Source: Catajapyx aquilonaris (lineage: Eukaryota). Taken from it: a stretch of 64,000 nt of DNA. The stretch is from the NCBI GenBank assembly GCA_000934665.2, contig JYFJ02001486.1:1-64000 (forward strand). Reading direction: 5' to 3'. The stretch's first letter is position 1. The number at the start of each line of letters is the position of its first letter. Of the stretch, positions 55,801 to 64,000 are shown one piece after another. Both the position numbers and the translations under genes were made by a program. The notes under the pieces were generated by a model. It was given only the letters and a program-made list of their open reading frames with translations, searched no databases and was not told the origin of the DNA.

Positions 55801-57214
55801 ATATTACTTGGTGTGATTACATATACTCGTAGAAGCAAAAAGGAAAAATGTGCATTTTCTTACCAGATCAGCATTTTCTTTCTTTATCTCAACAGAAAGT
55901 TCTGCAGAACCAAATATAACTTTACGATCAAAGTCAACTTCTAACAAGAGATGTATGTTTGTCACCACAGCTTCATCTGCGAGGGAAAGAAAAGCTCAAT
56001 TAGTGAATGTGCCAAAGCCTAAAACTGAATTTTTTAGTCAGATATTTCACTGATTTTCTCCACCTACAGCAGCACAGATTTTGTTATCACCAAGGGGACA
56101 TCTAAAATTGATGATTGGGAGTGACGCAGGGCTATCATTTATGGAAATTTAAAAGGTGCATTTCATCTGGCATTAGCATTGCTGCAAAGTTAGCTGTGAT
56201 TGTGCAATACCTACCAAGTGGACTTGCTTGTTAGTGCTCATGTATTTATTTACTGCTCGAAAAATTAAATGTAACCACAGCATGCTATGCCCTGAGCAAT
56301 TTTGTGTAGTGCTACATAATGTAAAGACATATGAAGAAAAATTACGCAACAAGTCAATAGCCATCTCTTACTTAATGAAAACACATCTTGTAAAATTGTC
56401 AATGCTGAAGCATACTAATGGAAGTACATTTCATTTTCAACATCAAATTATGACGATGCACATCTCACACCTGAACAAGTTTTGCAAAACCCTATGTTGT
56501 ACATGGGTCGTACCAAGAGGTCGTACTTATTGAGCCATTGCTGCAGTGCTGTACCCACCTGGCCTGGAGAATGAGTTTGGGTCTCCTGGACTGAGAGCCA
56601 TGCTGTTAGCTTCCAGGTGCTGATCCTCCTCCAGATGCTGGCTGCTCCAATGTCTCTGCTGGTGTATGGCCCACCAGGTAGCTGCAACGGCAACCAAGGT
56701 GGGAATGACATGCCAATGCCACCTGGCCTGCATTTAGATGTAGCCTACAATATCCCACTGCCTGCAGGCTACATTAACACTATTTCAAGGCGACACATGG
56801 TCCTATACAATCCGACACTCTCAAGCAAACATCTGGACCAGCCACACAGTGTGCTGGCCTCGGGCCTGGTGACTTTCACTTCATTACAGATATCTATCTG
56901 CAGTCTGCTCACCGCACGTGTCCCTGACCTTGTGTCGGTCAGTCAGCCACGTCTATCAAAAGACATGTACGGAAGTAAGGTATCGGACTAATGTGGATTA
57001 GTTTATAAATGTATCCAAATCGTGCAAAGAGACCGTGACAATCACCTTTAACTGGAGAGCGTGCTAGGGTGAAATAACAGGCAGGGGTCAATCGGTAGGG
57101 GTGACTCGTGAGAGGCTGGCGACAGGTCGTGGCAGCCAGGCACCGGTTCCACCTCCCTCCGAGAGATGACACGGTACCCCAGCCGCGAATGAAGCAGCCC
57201 TGTACACACGCCAT
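49829..57214 (-). CDS. LTA4H: Leukotriene A4 hydrolase / M1 zinc aminopeptidase; conserved core starts at Met 56601, extended form at Met 57214
   Basis: Exons (minus): 57046-57214 (putative), 56559-56681, 55864-55976, 54705-54841, 53610-53721, 53136-53204, 52403-52630, 52001-52141, 51634-51840, 51205-51349, 50982-51144, 50296-50646, 49829-49949. Motifs [54 protein letters not shown] (HExxH-18-E), [19 protein letters not shown]. Confidence 0.95.
53325..53398. repeat. Short hairpin in an LTA4H intron
   Basis: CATGCTTTATGTTATTTAGTAAGTCTG pairs with CAGACTTACTAAATAACAAAGCATG. Confidence 0.7.
54860..55328 (-). mobile_element. Non-autonomous Helitron
   Basis: Minus strand reads A|TCTAATAC..GCGAGCGCAGCGAGGGTTTTTCTAG|T: TC start, GC-rich subterminal motif, CTAG end, insertion between A and T with no TSD. 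Confidence 0.7.
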
Positions 57215-58543
57215 CTTGGGTCAGCTGGGATGACTTCCAGCTGCAATTTTGCTGGGAACATCGACCGGGAGACTTGAACCAAGTATGCAGACATGGTGGT
57301 GTTTGTTAAATGAAGGCCGTGCCCATCAATGTTTTTTTTTTTTAAATATAGTTTCTTTATCCTAGAGTTGTTCAAGTGTTCTTGGGCAGTTTGTGACACT
57401 TTTCTTTAGGTACGGTATCTCCAAACGGGGAAAAATCACGTGTACCGTATATGGATTTTCTCAATTGCATTCCAGATTTACACGTAATAAAAATAGTAAT
57501 AATTTACATGACTGGTTCAGGCTTGCAAAAGTTTATGGAACCGCTTGTGTTTGAACATCCAGCTATAGCAACCAGCGACATCTGAGATGCAACGGTCAAT
57601 TCTGATAAACTACTTGGGATGAATCAATGATAAGTGCCTAGTGAGGGTTGAATGGAGGAACTCGGTTGAGGTCTCCATCAACAAGGCCTACATTATTTTG
57701 TGAGTATCATTTACACCAATTCGACAAGAAAGTAGGTCACACAATGAAACTAACTATACTAAATGCTACGCCTGAGTAAATCACTGAAACGTTTCTGAAA
57801 ATAACAAATTCTAGAATTGAAAATATGAATTTTTGCCTTACGCCCGCATGTAACCAGTTTTAAGTAAAGGACGTTAGGACACACCGTAGAAGGTGTTTCA
57901 TTATTTACAGAAATACCGTATTGTTTCTGAAATATAAATCAAACTGTATGACTGTGCATGTGTCAGAAAACGAGCATCAATCATTCGCCGATATCATGAT
58001 TTTGGCATAGGCTCGCCTAATTAAGCAAAAAAATAGGCCTCGTCCTGACAGTGCTGAGCTTCATAAACTAATCTTCGCGCCTGGTTCTATAAGGAAGACA
58101 ATGCTACAAGTTGTATGGTTTATCCGCAAGCAAAACTTTCGTATGGCTAATAAATATTGTGAGATATTCTATCAATGAGAACATTACCTACTGTCAATAT
58201 AACTTATGTTCGCAGGACTTTTATGGTCGGGTCTCCGTAACTCTGGCACTGTCAATACGTATTTATGACTTTTTCAGAAAACTGTGTGAATGGTTTTATT
58301 ATTCTGTAGATGTAACAACTTGGGGAGTCTGAATTATTCATTTTTAGAAGCGCATTTTTCCTACATGAAGCAGTCACTTCAGAGACGTCAACTAAATGGA
58401 TCTTCTGGCCTTATAATTATGAGAGGAACTAATTTATTACGGAAGTTGATATTAAAGTGAATATATATACTGTACTGCTTTGTATTTCTGATGAACAATA
58501 TTTTTTCCCTAAGGCCTACTTGCAGAAGACCAAAGCAATAATT

Positions 58544-60171
58544 ATGTCTCATCAGCAAGTTGGAACCGATGCAGAGTGTGGTGGCCCACCATCTCACCTC
58601 CTGAACAGTCCACCTAAAAAACAAATTCCATCAGGACTTCAAAAAGGACTGGCAGGGGCTCAGTTAGTTATGGCTGTCATGACTGTCATTTTTGAGGTAC
58701 ATTTTATTGAAGTCCAGGTTTAGATTACTTTGATATCGTACGACAAAAAACTCGTACTTCCCTCTCTTATATCATGCAAATTTTGCCATTTGTTTCAGAT
58801 TTTAGTAATCATGTTTGACATGATGCCTATAGGACCAACAGGCATTTTGGCAGGGGTGATGTTTGGGTGTGCAGGAGGAATGGGAATTATCAACGTGGCT
58901 GCTCCAGGAAGATGCAGGCATGTTGAATATTTTTCTAACAAAAAAAATTAGTCAATATTTTATTATGTAATAACACACTTAATATGTTTTTACCTACAAA
59001 GCTAGGCCTCCCGTACTGAATAACGGAATAACCAATTTGTTAACAATACAGAGTGGTCCGTCAATATTGCACAATAGGAGAATTTGTGTATTTATTCACC
59101 TGAGTCAAAACCAGTGCAAGTTACTCCTTGATGCTTGATCTAATCCACGACCGAAATATGCCAAATACTCGTATTTTGGATGGAAATCTTTGTTTTTTCA
59201 TGTGGGCGATAAGTTGTTTTCGTGGCGCCTCCATGTGAAATCTAGACTCTAGAGTCTAGAGAGTATCCTCGCCTGTCGGGTAGGCCAGCCAAGAACCACC
59301 CATGGCTGTCGAGTTGTCTGCACATCAGGATACTCCATAATCACTAGGCGCGGCCAAAAGTGAGAATTAGGTCTGAAAACGTCAATGAACTTGTGTATAA
59401 TACCAGAGTTGCTCACCACTCTGCATAACTTTACCATACACGTGTGGTCAGGAATGGTGATGACTGACGAGTTTCAAGAGAGTAATGAATGATCTATTTT
59501 TTCAGTACTATAGGATTTATGATTCTGAGCATTTTATCCTTGGTGATGGTGATCCCATTGCTGGCCATAGACATTGAGAGTATGATGCGTTCACACAACT
59601 GTTCAGCTGGAAGAAAAACGTTTTTCTGTGACGGTATGGTTCATATTAATTTTATCATTTCAAAGAATGTGTGTCAAAAATAATTTCATAAATAATCCAA
59701 ACGAAACGATGTAATATTTTGCATCCTAATGAGTAATTTTAATCAATGAGTAACTTGGTATAAAATTATTCATATTAATGCCAGCAAAGCATGGCAAAGC
59801 CCCAGTTTAATACCTTTAATAATGTTCTCAATTTCAGAACATGGTCACACTTATGCTACTGCTGCAGCTATCTTAAGGTCATTTTCATGCCTGGTTGCTG
59901 TGTGTGAAGCCATAGTCTCCATATTATCATCTGTTATGTGCGTGTGGGTTGTATGCTGCACAAACAACGAAGTAAGAAATGTTTGGATACCTTGAAATAT
60001 TGTAATCAAATATTTTTATCGCATCATGTTAACATTTTTTAGAAAGAAAATGCAGCTCCAGCAATGTGGGTGCAAGTGCAGAAACCACCGAATGTAGATG
60101 TGAATCAGACACCGGCATCATCGCACACTGAATACTCCGATTTGTTCGCAATTTCTTCACCTGAAAATTAG
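58544..60171 (+). CDS. MS4A/CD20-like four-transmembrane protein, paralogue 2
   Basis: Exons 58544-58696, 58799-58917 (GC donor), 59506-59633, 59838-59971, 60043-60171. Aligns with paralogue 1: LAGAQLVM, GILAGVMFGCAGGMGI, PGRCS, IGFMILSI..IPLL, VAVCEAIVSILS..VVCC. Confidence 0.75.
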
Positions 60172-60754
60172 ACTGTCCAAATCATGGCCCAGAGTTTTTG
60201 TAACTCGACAGGATTGTGATAAACTATAATGTACTGGAACATATTTGACTGTTACTCATGGACTATACCCGAGACTGCACCGTGTCCCCTTACTCATGGG
60301 TAGCCTATAAAAAGCCTACCTATCGAAAACCATGTGCGTGGCTTAATTGCAAGACGATTCGTGTATTGTATAACTATCAAAGATTTTTAGGGTGTTTTAT
60401 ACAGTATGTCAGTTACATGAGGCTTGTCGTATATTACGACATCCGTTTTATTGTAAGTTGTGTTTATTCATAATTATAGTGTTTTGCTGTTGATTTAAAA
60501 CTCTTATTATTAAAATATTAGTGATGCTCCTTCAAAGTTTCATATTATGTCTTGAAATGTTGTCACATTGTCATCCCTCTTTCTCTGTCAGTAACTACTG
60601 TATATTAATTGTGTACCAAATCTTTGTTACTAAAATATTAAGGTTTGCAGGGTGTGATCGATTTCTACCTACATCCTCTTGCATGCGCAGCATTCAGCTC
60701 ATAAATTGCGAAGGAAGAGTAAAATTACTGCGCAGTATTCAGGAATAATATTAT

Positions 60755-60868
60755 GTGACATTTTCGTCCCACTGCTATAGTTACTGCTATCTTAGCAGTT
60801 CCATTGCCAACACTGGTACAGTGGTACTGCTAAGTTGGCAGTAACTAGCAGTGGGACGAAAATTCCAC
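60755..60868. repeat. Hairpin / small MITE
   Basis: TTTTCGTCCCACTGCTATAGTTACTGCTATCTTAGCAGT mirrored by ACTGCTAAGTTGGCAGTAACTAGCAGTGGGACGAAAA. Confidence 0.75.
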
Positions 60869-60915
60869 CCAATTATATTAGGCCTATACATTCTCTGTTT
60901 TGCATATAATTGCCC

Positions 60916-61133
60916 GGGGAGACAGAATGGCTCTGTGGTGAAGCGGAGAGAAAGGTCCCAGGTCCGATCCCGATTTGTCTCAGGATCAGGGTCTTTGGTG
61001 AGATTTTAAGGGACCTAGTCTAACCATCGGGGAACACATTAAAAGCATCCATGTCACAGCAGTGTATGTTTCCCTAATATTATGAAATTGTGAGCCCTTT
61101 CCTTCGGGGAAAAGTGCAACTTTCATTTCATTA
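60916..61133 (+). mobile_element. Degenerate tRNA-derived SINE
   Basis: GGGGAGACAGAATGGCTCTGTGG head, B-box-like GGTCCGATCCC, (TTTCA)n tail; no TSD found. Confidence 0.45.
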
Positions 61134-62093
61134 TGATTTTACTCTTCTTGATAAGAAAGCCGAGCCTCCACTATAATCAATTATACAGCATCTGCAAGTG
61201 ACATTCATTTTGCTGTAGCCTACAGTCCTCTACTATCATTTTCAGTACTATGAAACTGCGTGCTACATCAAATGCATATAGCAGAAATTCCTATAAAACT
61301 GTCATTAAATCTCACGACAGTATGTGACTGTCGCAAAAAATGCGTTACGGTCTGTCCACAAGGCAAATGGCACAGACCTTTCCACTGTGTTGGCAGTCTC
61401 ATGGCCGTTTATAGAGTTGATGTGGAGGGGTAATTGTATGAGAGGGTAATCTTTGTTGACAAGCCGTGATTGGTTTGAATTAAAGGGGGATGAGGACGAG
61501 CAGATTAATCTCTCTCTCTCCCTCTCTTTCTCCTCTCACCCTCCCTCCCTCCCTCCCTCAATCTCTCTCTCTCTCTCAGTCAAAGTCACTGATATGGGAG
61601 CTCCTAGGCTCCGCCATCTTCCAGTTCAGGCTGCTGTAATTTCCACCGTCAGGAGGAGTTTGAGCAGCACATGTGATTGAGAACACTTGATGGGAATTAG
61701 TGCACAAGCGGCCATAAACTGTGAGATACAGTGATTTTTCCTAACTTATACCTGTATTAACTCTCGACACGTGTCTACTCACATGCTCGTCAGTGTTATT
61801 AACTTACTGGGAGAACCCACACTGCATTTTGTACAATGATTTAATCTACACGTAGTTATGTGATATTAGAAAAATATTATATTACATGCTGTGAACAGTG
61901 CATTATAAGACTTATTGCTTTTGAGAGCCGAGAATGCAGTGGGCTTCCTTGATTTTTTAAAGTATACATATTAAATATAAACGATATGTGGCAAAGACCA
62001 CCTTTGCTGCGTTTTAATGAAAAAGTAATATTATTGATTGACGGGTTGATTCAACCTCATTATCCTAAATACACTTTAACTCAAATGTAGGCA

Positions 62094-63654
62094 ATGAATG
62101 GAAGTACCAACAGCACTGTGCCACAAGTGAGCCTGTACTTTCTTAATAACTACGCAGCTGATACACAAGAGGCAAAATGGAAAGAAGCCTTTCCACAAAA
62201 AACTTACAAAGGTATTCCATCACCACACCTCCGTCAAACTGTGATTTTGAATCTAATGAAATCATTGGTTTCCTATTATTCCAGCGCTATTTTTTGGACA
62301 GATTGCTTGTGCTGGATTGGCAGTGGTCATTCAGGTCAGTAAGATACAAAAATGCAGGTAAGTTTCATACTGTAGACAAGTAAATCATTCATCAAATTGA
62401 CACTTTAAACAAAGTGAACATAACTAATCTAATAATTTGCTTGATCTCCACTGTCCCTGTTATCTGTTACGTGTTTTATTTATAATGTATGTATGTATGT
62501 GCCTTAATTATTAAGTCTTCGTACAAATATTTTGTCTCTGAAGTTCTGAAAGAGACTGCTAGTGTATTGCACCATCTAGATCTATCGATAGTGCTTTTAT
62601 TTATTATTATTTGAGATCATATCACTTTTTGTACGCTATTAGACATACTAATGCAAAGCGTGTTTAAGTGAGTGTTAGTTAATTTTAGTGTACTCTGCAG
62701 GTGTAGCTAAGTCTTTTCAATAAATTTTCCAGATAATTTTACTGGCAATGAGCGGGGACGCAACAAGAACTCATTCCACTGGAATTTGGACTGGAATTCT
62801 TTTCGGTCTTGCCGGTAGTCTCTCTCTTTGGTCCATGGTCAAGCCTGGAAAATGCAGGTCATTTTCTTTTCATTTTTCACCACTGTCTCGAGGGTTGTTT
62901 ATTTTAAATCATCTTAATTTTTGGACATTTATAGTGTAAGTGGTTCTGTGACTACCTCCATACTCGCCATAATTGCAGCCGTTGTGTTGCTAGGCCTCAG
63001 TCTCAATGATATTTCTCTCGTCGCCAAACATTGCATCAGGAGGACTGAACCTCAATTTTATTACTGTGGTAAGTTGCAGATTCTTTTTGGTCTCTGTGTG
63101 TGCGGTCTTTTAAAGAGCTTCTGACGGTATATACCGTGATTCATTTTCTTCAAGTAATGGTTACAAAATAATATTGTGTGGTATTACCTTGGGTATTACT
63201 AGACTGGCAATGGAAAAATTATGTATGCGCGGAGAGTAATATTTTTCCCCGTTTTTTTTTAAAGGGAAGAATTACACTGCTTCGACTGTTTTCATGATAG
63301 TACATTGCTTCGTAGCAGCAAGCGAGGGGTTCTTGGCGTCTTTATCGCTGTTTTGGCTTTGCCGTCTTGGATGTTGGGAATGGCGAAAGGTAAAAAAAAA
63401 ATGTCATTGACGCCGCAAAATTAATTTACTAAGAAAATTCTTGGCATCTTCTATTTTTTTAGGAAAGCTCATCTACTCGTACCTTGCAGCAAATACACTC
63501 TGATGATAAATCCAAAACTTCATCCACTGGTGCAAGACCTCGAGACACATTTGTTGAACCGGTCAATATGGACTACTCTATTCCTGAAACAATTGACGAA
63601 GAAATCGCAATTTCTCATGACTTTGGAGACGAAAGTGAGCCATTGGTGTCCTGA
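62094..63654 (+). CDS. MS4A/CD20-like four-transmembrane protein, paralogue 3
   Basis: Exons 62094-62211, 62285-62334, 62733-62857, 62935-63068, 63265-63389, 63463-63654. WKEAFPQKTYKALFFGQIAC aligns with WNKVFPRRMVKSLAVGQVAL of paralogue 1; also GIWTGILFGLAGSL and KPGKCS. AATAAA at about 63690. Confidence 0.78.
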
Positions 63655-64000
63655 ACACTAGTCTACATGAGTCCCTGACGCGTTGCAATAATAAATTGTG
63701 CAGTTCCTACTCAAGATCTTGAATAAAATTATTGCTGGCAGCACTATTTTGTGGCACAGCAACCTGCATATTGCAGCAGGATGTTCCACAACACTCTTTT
63801 CCTAGCCCTCAACTTGGCGTCAAAGGCAACAGATGTGTATGCAGAAAACAAGTACAACCAGGTTTGGTATAAACTATTTTCGATTAATTTAGTGCCATTA
63901 AAGGACTAATAGTTTGAAATATATATTTTTTCTTCAGTTGAAATTTTCATCTAGGATTAGGTTCAGTACCACCAGAAAGGTAGTGTTTCGAATCACCCTG

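Noticed and set aside
56527..56733. ORF-track start [16 protein letters not shown].. as a signal peptide for LTA4H
   Set aside because: Its hydrophobic stretch coincides with the polypyrimidine tract and AG of a good splice acceptor, so it is more likely intronic. Not fully excluded.

Overview
AT-rich, intron-containing animal genomic DNA, most likely an arthropod (divergent ionotropic receptor, arthropod-type LTA4H N-terminus); the species cannot be determined from this window. I reconstructed nine protein-coding genes by hand from splice signals and remembered protein families: an intronless divergent ionotropic receptor (+), RNF113A/Cwc24 (-) head-to-head with ORC4 (+), NEK1 (+), LIN52 (+), three MS4A/CD20-like tetraspan paralogues (+), and LTA4H (-) lying between the first and second MS4A copies. 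Introns and intergenic DNA hold many short non-autonomous mobile elements, several with intact target-site duplications (TSDs): tRNA-derived SINEs, hAT, Tc1/mariner-pogo, Sola-like, Transib and Helitron. Four observations stand out. (1) The ORC4 Walker A motif is degenerate in frame, but an SGKTT core sits one base out of frame at exactly that position. (2) An upstream exon can give LTA4H a mitochondrial-presequence-like extension. (3) The MS4A trio differs in extracellular loop, tail sorting motif and intron structure, and one copy needs a GC donor. (4) A complete Transib-type element has CACAGTG ends and a 5-bp TSD. No database search was run; homology calls come from recognised motifs and coordinates were counted by hand.
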